Shown in pieces: positions 18,011-26,064 of a stretch of 64,000 nt of DNA (position 1 is the stretch's first letter; each line of letters begins with the position of its first letter). The DNA lies in contig JAZDKE010000013.1 of NCBI GenBank assembly GCA_043803245.1, positions 4,142 through 68,141 on the forward strand, given 5' to 3'. The stretch comes from Chloroflexota bacterium (GTDB lineage: Bacteria > Chloroflexota > Dehalococcoidia > Dehalococcoidales > SURF-40). Under the pieces are notes generated by a model. It had not been told where the DNA came from. It was given only the letters and a program-made list of their open reading frames with translations, and did no database searches. A program made the position numbers and the translations under genes.

Positions 18011-18502
18011 TTGCCCGAGGAAACCGTAATCGTGGAACCAGAGCATAGCCCGGAGCCGGAAGGCAAGCCCCAAGCCAATGCTGAGCGTGAGGAGATGGCC
18101 GGGGCGGCCCAGATTGCCGAGCTCGAAAGCCGGTTAGCCGAAAAAGAAGCGGCTTTATCCGGGGCCAACGAACGCCTGAGCAGGCTGGCGGCGGCCATCG
18201 CCGAGCTGGAGGCCAGACTCGCCCGGGCCGCCGCCAGCTACCGGACGCTCATCATTGCGGCCCATCCCGAAATTCCCGAAGACCTGATAAGCGGCCAGAG
18301 CGTCGAGGAAATCGAGGCCTCCCTGGAGAAAGCCCGCAGCCTGGTGAGCCGGGTGAGACAGGGGCTGGAGATGGCTGCGACCCAGGGCCGGGTGCCCCCC
18401 GGCGCACCCCCGAGGACGGTACCTGACCTGTCGAGCCTGTCCCCGCGCGAAAAAATTCAATACGGCATAGGAGGTAAGAAAAATGGCATTAACTCTTTCT
18501 GA
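18011..18502 (+). CDS. Scaffold-like coiled-coil protein
   Basis: Ala/Glu/Leu-rich ORF in the canonical position between portal and capsid genes. AAGGAGG lies 8 nt upstream of TTG 18011; the track ORF starts at 18002. Confidence 0.5.
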   Translation: MPEETVIVEPEHSPEPEGKPQANAEREEMAGAAQIAELESRLAEKEAALSGANERLSRLAAAIAELEARLARAAASYRTLIIAAHPEIPEDLISGQSVEEIEASLEKARSLVSRVRQGLEMAATQGRVPPGAPPRTVPDLSSLSPREKIQYGIGGKKNGINSF

Positions 18503-19403
18503 AGCGAGCAAGCTCGCTAACGACGTCCTGCTTCAGGGTGTGGTCGAGACCATCGTCAAGGAGTCCCCGGTGCTCCAGCGGCTGCCCTTCATCGAAATCG
18601 CCGGCAACGGTCTCACCTACAACCAGGAGAAGACCCTGCCCGGCATCGACTTCTACGATGTCGGCGATACCTGGGTGGAATCCACTCCGACCTTCGAGCA
18701 GAAAACCGCCCATCTCAAGATTATGGGTGGCGACGCCGACGTGGACAACTTCCTGAAGTCCACCCGGAACAATATCCAGGATTTGGAGACGGCGGTGGTC
18801 GAACTCAAGGCCAAGGCCCTCAAGGACAAGTTCGAGGAGTCTTTCATCTACGGTAACGCCACCGCCAATCCCAAGCAGTTCGACGGCCTGAGACTGCTCA
18901 TCGGCACCACCAGCTCAGGCGGCCAGGTAGTTGCCGCCGGCGCCACTGGCGCCACCCTGACCCTTTCCATGCTCGACCAGCTCATTGACACCGTAAAAGG
19001 CGGCAAGCCCGACATGCTGCTCATGAGCCGGCGCTCGCGAAGGAAAATCAACGCCCTGGTGCGCGCTTCCGGCAGTATGCTGGACACCGACCGCGACCGC
19101 TGGGGCAACTTCGTCCAGTACTGGGACGGCATCCCCATCGGGGTTAACGACTGGATACTGGACACCCACAACGTCGCCGGCAGCGTGGAAACGGCCACCA
19201 CCGGCGGTGACAGCTCCACCATCTACGCTGTCCAGCTAGGAGAAGGTGCCCTTGCGGGACTGACCAGCCCGGGACACATGGTCGCCGAGCACATCGGCAA
19301 CCTTGAGTCCAAAGACGCCAGCCGCACCCGGGTCAAGTGGTACGTCTCGCTGGCGCTCTTCAGCACGGTCAAGGCCGCCGCATTAATCGGCGTGCAGGAC
19401 TAA
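18483..19403 (+). CDS. Phage major capsid protein (HK97-fold type)
   Basis: 306-aa ORF preceded by a GGAGG RBS. Its position and sequence pattern (..FIYGNATANPKQFDGL..) are typical of major capsid proteins. Confidence 0.75.
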   Translation: MALTLSEASKLANDVLLQGVVETIVKESPVLQRLPFIEIAGNGLTYNQEKTLPGIDFYDVGDTWVESTPTFEQKTAHLKIMGGDADVDNFLKSTRNNIQDLETAVVELKAKALKDKFEESFIYGNATANPKQFDGLRLLIGTTSSGGQVVAAGATGATLTLSMLDQLIDTVKGGKPDMLLMSRRSRRKINALVRASGSMLDTDRDRWGNFVQYWDGIPIGVNDWILDTHNVAGSVETATTGGDSSTIYAVQLGEGALAGLTSPGHMVAEHIGNLESKDASRTRVKWYVSLALFSTVKAAALIGVQD

Positions 19404-19465
19404 AGGAAATGCCTTTCAGGAGGACTTAAAATAGCCCCCGTTCTACGCCTGAAAATAAAACCTGA

Positions 19466-19489
19466 GGGGGGAGGCAGCTGCCTCCCCCC
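19466..19489. terminator. Perfect 24-nt GC-rich palindrome after the capsid gene
   Basis: GGGGGGAGGCAG/CTGCCTCCCCCC. An A-tract lies upstream on the + strand, which equals a T-tract downstream on the - strand. Confidence 0.4.
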
Positions 19490-19507
19490 CCGATGAGGAG
19501 GATTAAT

Positions 19508-19972
19508 ATGGCACTGAGCGTAATCGAACACACCGAGCATCCCTTCGCCAGGGGGAGCCTGACCGCCGACGGCATCCAGTGGTCGGCGGAGAAGACCACC
19601 AGCACCGATGACTACGAGACCGTCGAGCAAGCTACGGTGAAGCCGCCGGCCCTGGGCACCATCCTGGAGTTCGAGTTCGGGCTTACCTGCGCCATAAAGT
19701 CAAGCGGAGCCACCGAAGCTGCCAAGTTCAAATGGCAGGCGTGCAACAAAGGCGGCACCTGGGTTGACCTCCACGACGAGGTGACCTACGCCGCCGATGC
19801 CTCAAGCTACCGCGGATATACCTACAGCGGTCGCCGCGGCACAGCGGCCAACTTCAACACCGTGCCTTTCGAAGTCCGGCTGGTAATCAAGTCCGGCGGG
19901 GCCGGAGGTGAGAATGCCACTAGCAAGACCAAAAACTCAAGCTACGTCAAGGTAATCTACGCTGCTGCGTGA
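19508..19972 (+). CDS. Hypothetical structural protein
   Basis: A GAGGAGG RBS precedes ATG 19508. The 154-aa product is beta-rich and sits downstream of the capsid gene. Confidence 0.5.
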   Translation: MALSVIEHTEHPFARGSLTADGIQWSAEKTTSTDDYETVEQATVKPPALGTILEFEFGLTCAIKSSGATEAAKFKWQACNKGGTWVDLHDEVTYAADASSYRGYTYSGRRGTAANFNTVPFEVRLVIKSGGAGGENATSKTKNSSYVKVIYAAA

Positions 19973-19980
19973 GGTGCGCT

Positions 19981-20619
19981 ATGGACTTTATCCGCGATAC
20001 CAACCTCATCCTCTACCTGCCGCTCTATGAACTCGATGGCGCTTCCATCCAGGACAGGTCGGCCTATGGCCACCTATCTGTGGTCACCGGTGCTTTGTGG
20101 ACTCCGCAGGGCAGGAGTTTTGACGGGGTAGATGACCAGATAGCCATCGCCACCAGTACAGTCTTTGATATACCTGATACCATCACGCTTGAAGGTTGGA
20201 TAAACATAGCAAGTGTTGTCAGTATGGCGGGCTTTATCGCTCGGTCTACTGGATGGGAACTCCGGCAAAGTGCCAGTGGCCAAATAATATTCCTGCCTTT
20301 TATTGATGCTGCTTGGCGAGACGGTGGGGCAAGTAGTGTTTTATCTGCGAGCCAGTGGTTTCATATTGCGTTCACATATTCTAGCGCTACCAGACAGGCA
20401 CTAACGTACCGCGATGCAGTTTTGGAGAGTTCCGTTATATTTTCGGGACTTGCTAGTTACACATTGGGAACTGGCGCAGCTTCAGTACTATTAGGTTACG
20501 ATGTTCTGAACGGCGTGGTTTTCAATGGCAAACTAGGCGAAATCCGCATCTACAATCGTGTTCTATCTGCGGTAGAGATACAGAATAACTACCTCGCTAC
20601 GAAGTGGAGGTATCAATGA
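19981..20619 (+). CDS. LamG/concanavalin-A-like lectin domain protein
   Basis: Laminin_G_3-type pattern: D.S..G......GA.W...G..FDG.DD.I; W.HIAFTY; F.G.LGEIRIYNRVLSAVEI. The DNA is visibly more AT-rich than its neighbours. Confidence 0.7.
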   Translation: MDFIRDTNLILYLPLYELDGASIQDRSAYGHLSVVTGALWTPQGRSFDGVDDQIAIATSTVFDIPDTITLEGWINIASVVSMAGFIARSTGWELRQSASGQIIFLPFIDAAWRDGGASSVLSASQWFHIAFTYSSATRQALTYRDAVLESSVIFSGLASYTLGTGAASVLLGYDVLNGVVFNGKLGEIRIYNRVLSAVEIQNNYLATKWRYQ

Positions 20620-20834
20620 AGTATCGAGTAAAACTGGACTTGTTATTTGACAATGAGGCTCTAGCCCGCAACCTGATGAGCTATGCCAAGTCCCTTACGG
20701 GCAAGGCGACGAGCCTTAACGAAGGCAACGCCAGCGAGGAGATAAGCTTCGCCGATATCCACCTCTGCGGGCACGACGAGTCCCCACCCAAGCCTTGCCA
20801 GCCCATGGAACGGGTCGAGGTGAGAAAGGCGTAA
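20616..20834 (+). CDS. Hypothetical small protein
   Basis: A GGAGG RBS precedes ATG 20616. The product is 72 aa. Confidence 0.45.
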   Translation: MKYRVKLDLLFDNEALARNLMSYAKSLTGKATSLNEGNASEEISFADIHLCGHDESPPKPCQPMERVEVRKA

Positions 20835-20844
20835 GGAGAACGAG

Positions 20845-21477
20845 ATGAACTTGAGCGATATGAGGACCACCGTCCGGCGCGAGCTCCACGATGAGGACTC
20901 TGGCAACTACCGCTGGAGCAACGACGAGCTCGACCGGCACATCGCCCGGGCAGTGGGAGAACTCTCCGAGCACCTTCCCAGCGAGCAGAAAGCGACCAAA
21001 GCCACTACTTCCGGCTCGCGAGAACTGGACATCACCAGCCTCGCCGACCGGGTAATGGTCGAAGCCGTGGAGTACCCGGTGGGCCAGTTTCCCCCCAGAT
21101 ACCAGCGCTTCGCGCTCTGGGGGGAAACCCTGACCCTGCTCGGCGATGAGGTCCCCGGCGGGGGCAACGCCTACGTCTACTACGGCAAACGGCACACTCT
21201 TGACGCCCAGGGCACCACCATCCCCAGCCGCTACCAGGACCTGGTAGCCGGCGGCGCCGCCGGCTACGCCGCCGTCGAATGGGCCGCCTACGCCATCAAC
21301 CGGGTGAACGTTGGCGGCCACCTGACACCCCGCGAATTCCTCGACTGGGGGAAGGAAAAACTGGCTTTCTTCCAGAGCGAGCTCAGGCGGCTGGGGCGGC
21401 GGAACCGGACCAGAGTGAGCACCCTCTACCGTCCCTATTACCCGCCGGTGTCCCAGATCACCGACTACGGGCCATAA
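20845..21477 (+). CDS. Head-tail adaptor-like protein
   Basis: 210-aa ORF with an AAGGAG RBS. The N-terminus (LSDMRTTVRRELHDED..YRWSNDELDRHIARA) resembles phage connector/adaptor proteins. Confidence 0.45.
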   Translation: MNLSDMRTTVRRELHDEDSGNYRWSNDELDRHIARAVGELSEHLPSEQKATKATTSGSRELDITSLADRVMVEAVEYPVGQFPPRYQRFALWGETLTLLGDEVPGGGNAYVYYGKRHTLDAQGTTIPSRYQDLVAGGAAGYAAVEWAAYAINRVNVGGHLTPREFLDWGKEKLAFFQSELRRLGRRNRTRVSTLYRPYYPPVSQITDYGP

Positions 21478-21504
21478 GCAAGTCTGACCAGGGTGAGATG
21501 AAGA

Positions 21505-23508
21505 ATGAGAAGCCTTACACAAACACTAACCAGCGCTCAAAAGGCACCGGCTAAAATACCTTATGTCAAACTGAAAGCCCGGAACACCACCGGCGGCCTG
21601 GTACGTCTCGACTGGAGCCGGCTCTACAGCGGCAGCGAGGACGACTATCTCCACGCCGCGACTATGCCCGCCGACGGCTCACTGATACGGGCCAGGGTCA
21701 CCCCGCTTAGCGACAACCTGAAACTCTACCGCCAGCGGGTAGCCAGCCCCGGCCCGGGTTCCGACTTTAGCCAGTGGAGCTACACCAACCAGTACGGCGT
21801 GCTGGCAGTGGCCGGCGCTTCCCGGGACGCCGAAGCGTCCATTTTCTGGATAAAGAACAACCGTGAAATCCGTCAGATGAAGAGCACCGACTACGGCGCC
21901 AGCTGGGGCAGCCCCACCCTGCTGGACTACTCGCCCACCACCGGGGTGGGCGGCCTGGCAGCCGCCTACAAAAGTAACGGCGACATCGCCCTGTTCTATG
22001 CCGAGCAGGCCACCCTTTACGTAATCAAACGCACCGGCGGTAGCTGGGGCAGCCGCGTTGCCTGGGACAAGTCCACCGGCAACCTGTCGGGCGTGGCTAC
22101 CGCCTATGACGGGGACTGGCACCTGCTGGTGACGGGCCAGGACTCAAGCGGCAACTACCGGCTCTGGTCGCTGGTCTACGGCGACGGCGGTGAGCTGGCA
22201 GCCGGCACCTGGTCAGACCTCAAAACGGTCGCCCAGGCACCCTCGGACGGCGACTATGAATACCACGGCGTCTTCATCGACCTGCCCGACGTCCACCGTA
22301 CCTTCTTCACCGAAAAATATAGCGGCACCGAAGCCTACCAGCGCCCTTTCTGGAGCCACACCATCGCCCAGACCAGCTTCCTGGATAACCTCTGGCGCGA
22401 GCCGGTGCCCTTTAACCTCTCGGCCAGCTACGGTCTGGCCATCACCCATCACGGCGACTGGGCCTGGCTAACCGCCCCCTTTGGCGTCTGGCGAGCCAAG
22501 CTCACCCAGGAGAGCCTTGACCTGGCGGAAGATGTGCTTTCCATCAGGGAGGAACTGGCCACCACCGGCGGCGAGCTTGAGATTGAGTTAAGGAACGATG
22601 ACGGCCGCTACGCCTCGCCGGGGACGGGGGCCATCTCTTTGCTGAACATCGGCGGCGAGCTGGAGTTCAGTCCCGGCTACCGGACGACCGAAGGCAACGA
22701 GGTCAGTGACGGCCAGTTCTTCAGCCTTGAAGCCTGGGAGCACACCAGTTCTCCGGGCAGGGCCACGCTGGTGCTCCATGCCCGCGACGCCTGGCACTGG
22801 CTTGGCAACTTCCGCGCCGGTCACCAGTTCCGCTGGAACAAAGCCAGTGAAGAGCTGAACGTCAAGGGGATGCTCGCCTTCGTGCTGTCCCGGGTGGGGC
22901 TGAGGCTCGAAGTGATATCTCAGTCCAGCACCGCCACCGGGTTCTACCCGGACTTCACCATCAGACCGGGCGACCAGGGCGACGTTATCATAAGCCGGCT
23001 GCTCAGTTTCATACCCGACGTTATCCGGCTGGAAGGCGCTACCGCCTACCTTATTAACCCCCAGACTACCGACAGCGCCGACTACGGCTACGGCGCCGGC
23101 CACGCCATTTTCGAGGGGAGCTACCTCAAAGGCGCCCTCAAGCAAAACCTGGTTGAAGTCGAAGGCTACGACCCGCCAGGCGGCACGCCGATTATCGCCA
23201 GCGTTTTCGACTGGGACGAGATAGGCCGGCTCTACCACCGGCGCCGGCGCATTGAGGACCGCAACCTGAAATCCACCACCCAGGCCCAGGGTCGTGGCGA
23301 GAGCTACCTGAGAGAGGCCGCGATAACGGCCGGGGGCGGCACGCTCCGGGTGCCGGTTAATGCCGGTCAGCAGCTATACGATGTTATCGAAATTACTGAC
23401 CGCCTCGCCGGGCTCGACGCTGAGAAAAAGAGGGTCTTAAAAATCGGCCTGGCCTATCATCCCGCCCGCGCCCGGTACGAGATGAGGCTCGGCCTGGGCA
23501 ATGTCTAA
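21505..23508 (+). CDS. BNR/Asp-box beta-propeller fused to a phage tail/baseplate-hub-like C-terminal half
   Basis: 667-aa ORF with the Asp-box STDYGASW plus related repeats in the N-half. The C-half pattern (ELEIELRNDDGRY..IGGELEFSPGYRT..) is typical of tail hub/late-control-D-like proteins. Confidence 0.5.
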   Translation: MRSLTQTLTSAQKAPAKIPYVKLKARNTTGGLVRLDWSRLYSGSEDDYLHAATMPADGSLIRARVTPLSDNLKLYRQRVASPGPGSDFSQWSYTNQYGVLAVAGASRDAEASIFWIKNNREIRQMKSTDYGASWGSPTLLDYSPTTGVGGLAAAYKSNGDIALFYAEQATLYVIKRTGGSWGSRVAWDKSTGNLSGVATAYDGDWHLLVTGQDSSGNYRLWSLVYGDGGELAAGTWSDLKTVAQAPSDGDYEYHGVFIDLPDVHRTFFTEKYSGTEAYQRPFWSHTIAQTSFLDNLWREPVPFNLSASYGLAITHHGDWAWLTAPFGVWRAKLTQESLDLAEDVLSIREELATTGGELEIELRNDDGRYASPGTGAISLLNIGGELEFSPGYRTTEGNEVSDGQFFSLEAWEHTSSPGRATLVLHARDAWHWLGNFRAGHQFRWNKASEELNVKGMLAFVLSRVGLRLEVISQSSTATGFYPDFTIRPGDQGDVIISRLLSFIPDVIRLEGATAYLINPQTTDSADYGYGAGHAIFEGSYLKGALKQNLVEVEGYDPPGGTPIIASVFDWDEIGRLYHRRRRIEDRNLKSTTQAQGRGESYLREAAITAGGGTLRVPVNAGQQLYDVIEITDRLAGLDAEKKRVLKIGLAYHPARARYEMRLGLGNV

Positions 23509-23538
23509 AAATCGCCGTTACGCCGAAGGAGAGCCGGA

Positions 23539-23751
23539 ATGAACCTGAAAAAAGCCATCCTCAAGAGTTTTAGCCAGAGCGACTACACCGCCACCGTCCA
23601 GCTTAGCGGCAGCCTCAAGGTCTACCTGGAAGATGTCACCGTAGCCCGAAACCTGCCCGCAGGAGAGATGACCGCCGGCCGCAAGGTCGCGGTGCTCTTC
23701 TTCAACGATTTCAATGCCCGAGAAGCCCTGGTAATCGCGGTTTACACCTAG
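23539..23751 (+). CDS. Hypothetical small protein (last gene of the phage-like block)
   Basis: 70-aa ORF with an AAGGAG RBS. Confidence 0.5.
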   Translation: MNLKKAILKSFSQSDYTATVQLSGSLKVYLEDVTVARNLPAGEMTAGRKVAVLFFNDFNAREALVIAVYT

Positions 23752-23777
23752 GTAGATGTAGTAGCGGTAGCCTGTCC

Positions 23778-24878
23778 CTAGCCGGGAGGCCGCTGGTTCC
23801 GCCAGTGCCCGGGGATGGCCAGCTCTTTTTTAACCGTTCGGTCGGGCGTCTTATCCGGCTCAGGCGAAATCCGCGGCTCTACCGGGGGATTTTCCGCCTT
23901 TGTCTTATGGGCGAAATGCATCGGGCTGGTATGGGCGATAACCTCCGGGGAATGGGCGGCGACCCGGGGCCGTCCCGGCGAGACAACCGGCACCGGGGTG
24001 AACCTCATCCGGCCGGGAACCTGGGTGGTCTGGGGCGAGCGATATGAAACCATGGGGGCGCTGGGCGCCACCTTCTCGGCGGGCGGCGTCGGCGGTTTTT
24101 CTTCCATTGATTTATAGAAACGGCCCAGCATCTTCTCCTGCTCGGCGGTGGTTCTGGCCAGGTCCTGAGAAGCGGCGCTAAGACCCTGTATTGCCGAAGT
24201 GTGGCTTTTTAAATGCTCGGCATAAAGCTCGATTGCGGAGCCGAACTTGGCCAGGGTCCGCTCCAGGCCGTCCATCTTTTTCTCGGTGTTGACTACCTTC
24301 TCCGCTACCAGCTCGCTACCATGCTGGCTCTCTTCAATGATGCGCCGGTTAGCCTCAATGACCGGGGCGAAAATGCCCTGCTGCAGCCGCATCCGGCCCC
24401 GGTTAATCTCATCGACGTAGAGGAAAAGACCCATCAGGACCACCGAGATAATCAGGAACATCAATCCCTGGTCGCTCTGGAAGAAGAGCAGGATAAAGCC
24501 TGCGTAAGGGATGCGGCTCGAAGCGACACCCAGTATGTCGTTGGAGCGCACCGTGAACGGGTCGCCGCCGGTGTTGTCGCCCTTGGTGCGGAACCCCTTG
24601 CCCGCCGGCCCCATGTCGCGGACTTCGGTCACACGGTGGGCCACTACCGGCGGGTAGTTGTAAAAATCGCGGACGGCTGAGGGCACGCTGAAAACGATAA
24701 CGTCGCCGGCTTTGACGTCATTAGGATTAATCTCACTAATCATAATCAGGTCGCCGGCCCTGAGTTCCGGCTCCATGCTGACGCCGAAGACGGGCATAAA
24801 GGGCATCGCGCCCCGGATGGATAAGAAGCCCGCGACGCAGACCGCGATTACGATTATCAGCAGGAGTAACCTTTTCAT
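23778..24878 (-). CDS. SipW-like (S26B, ER/archaeal-type) signal peptidase I with a long C-terminal extension
   Basis: 366-aa ORF with an N-terminal TM, Ser box GVSMEP, His box AHRV and a KGDN box. A second TM is followed by ~200 aa of helical then Pro-rich sequence. Confidence 0.78.
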   Translation of the reverse strand: MKRLLLLIIVIAVCVAGFLSIRGAMPFMPVFGVSMEPELRAGDLIMISEINPNDVKAGDVIVFSVPSAVRDFYNYPPVVAHRVTEVRDMGPAGKGFRTKGDNTGGDPFTVRSNDILGVASSRIPYAGFILLFFQSDQGLMFLIISVVLMGLFLYVDEINRGRMRLQQGIFAPVIEANRRIIEESQHGSELVAEKVVNTEKKMDGLERTLAKFGSAIELYAEHLKSHTSAIQGLSAASQDLARTTAEQEKMLGRFYKSMEEKPPTPPAEKVAPSAPMVSYRSPQTTQVPGRMRFTPVPVVSPGRPRVAAHSPEVIAHTSPMHFAHKTKAENPPVEPRISPEPDKTPDRTVKKELAIPGHWRNQRPPG

Positions 24879-24933
24879 GTTCGGCTTAACTCGCCCGGTT
24901 CTGGCCCGCTCCTTTTAGACTTACCTATCTTCA

Positions 24934-25008
24934 AAGATAACACCCCATCATAAAAGCGGCCATAAAGATTATAAAGATTCCATTAAGTTTTTATTAAAGT
25001 TTCGTAAA
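24934..25008 (-). promoter_or_regulatory. Phased six-repeat array plus -10 element upstream of the signal peptidase gene
   Basis: Minus-strand repeats start at 25008, 24997, 24986, 24975, 24966 and 24954 (spacing 11-11-11-9-12). TATCTT lies at 24934-24939. The first repeat is 130 nt from the start codon. Confidence 0.65.
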
Positions 25009-25027
25009 ATCGTGCCCTGGCATACCG

Positions 25028-26062
25028 CTACCGCTGGCTAACCTCCGGATAAAGCTCAGGTGTCACCGTCCAGCCCGCCTCCCAGCTGGTAGTATTGGCC
25101 GAAACCAGCCGGTAGCTGCCTCCCACCACCCTGAGTGCCTGGCTGCCGGGGAGACCACCCGGCAGGTTGAAGACGGCCCCGCCGTTCTCCAGGCTGAGAA
25201 TCTCATAACCGGGTGACCCGGAGGCCTCCACCGAGTCCTGGAGATAGAGATTAAGTCTCAACTCCCGATAAGCCTTGAGCAGGTCGCCGGTATTCATGAG
25301 GTAGACCCGGACCTGCAGGTATTCACTCAGTCCCGGGGCCGGGGTGACGGCAAAGAGGTCACCGGTGGGAGCGCTGCCCGAGATGAGCGTCTGGCGGTAG
25401 CTTGCCGCTACCGTAACCTGGGTCAGGCGTACCGTAGCCTTATTATCATCGGTCTTAATCCTGGCACCAGCCTGCAGGTCATTAAGCTCTGGCACCGTCC
25501 AGGCGGCCCCGGTACGGGGGTTGGTCGGCCAGTGGTATGACCGGGTGACGAAGGCCGGTCCGAGCTGGCTCTCCTCAGCCCCACTATAAACGCTGCCTCC
25601 GGTCTTGATGACCGCGCTGGCGTAGCCGATTATATCCTGGTTACCGCCGGAGAAGCGGAAGCTCACGGTCAAATCGGTTATCGCAACATCAGCTATGTCC
25701 GGGTCACTTAAGTTATAGAGGTCGGTCTGGTAATTCTTGCTATCGGTATAGACGAAGGTCGCAGCATCGTCCGGCGTACTTTCGGCCACCTTGTCAAAGT
25801 GCTCTCCCGACTCCGGCCACTGGTCGGATATCCTGGCCTGGTCGCCGCGGCCAATTACCCAGAGCATCTCCCCGCCCTCAACGGTATAGGGCATCACCTG
25901 TTCCCAGTCGGGCTGGCTTGCGGCCACGGCAATGGTGGCGATATCACCGGTCGGCTCCAGGGTGTTCACCACACTGGAAGATACGCGGTAGGCATAAGCC
26001 GAAGCCCCTCCCACCAGCACCAGGAAGGCCAGAACCTGAAAAATGACCAGACCCTTTCTCAT
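25028..26062 (-). CDS. Secreted fibre-subunit paralog with inserted domain (P4)
   Basis: 344-aa ORF with signal peptide ..LVGGASAYAYR. It shares the blocks GDIATI, TGDLFAVTP..LQVRVYLMNTGDLLKAY, LSLENGGAVF, VVGGSYR and C-terminal PELYPEVSQR with P1-P3. Confidence 0.65.
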   Translation of the reverse strand: MRKGLVIFQVLAFLVLVGGASAYAYRVSSSVVNTLEPTGDIATIAVAASQPDWEQVMPYTVEGGEMLWVIGRGDQARISDQWPESGEHFDKVAESTPDDAATFVYTDSKNYQTDLYNLSDPDIADVAITDLTVSFRFSGGNQDIIGYASAVIKTGGSVYSGAEESQLGPAFVTRSYHWPTNPRTGAAWTVPELNDLQAGARIKTDDNKATVRLTQVTVAASYRQTLISGSAPTGDLFAVTPAPGLSEYLQVRVYLMNTGDLLKAYRELRLNLYLQDSVEASGSPGYEILSLENGGAVFNLPGGLPGSQALRVVGGSYRLVSANTTSWEAGWTVTPELYPEVSQR

Positions 26063-26064
26063 GG

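Larger units (their letters stand above)
12291..23751 (+). mobile_element. Phage-like DNA-packaging and head-structure gene island with no integrase, replication or lysis genes seen
   Basis: Contains terS-like, terL, portal, scaffold-like and major-capsid-like ORFs plus LamG, adaptor-like and BNR/hub ORFs. All are on the + strand with strong SD sites. One opposite-strand surface-protein gene is embedded. Confidence 0.6.
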
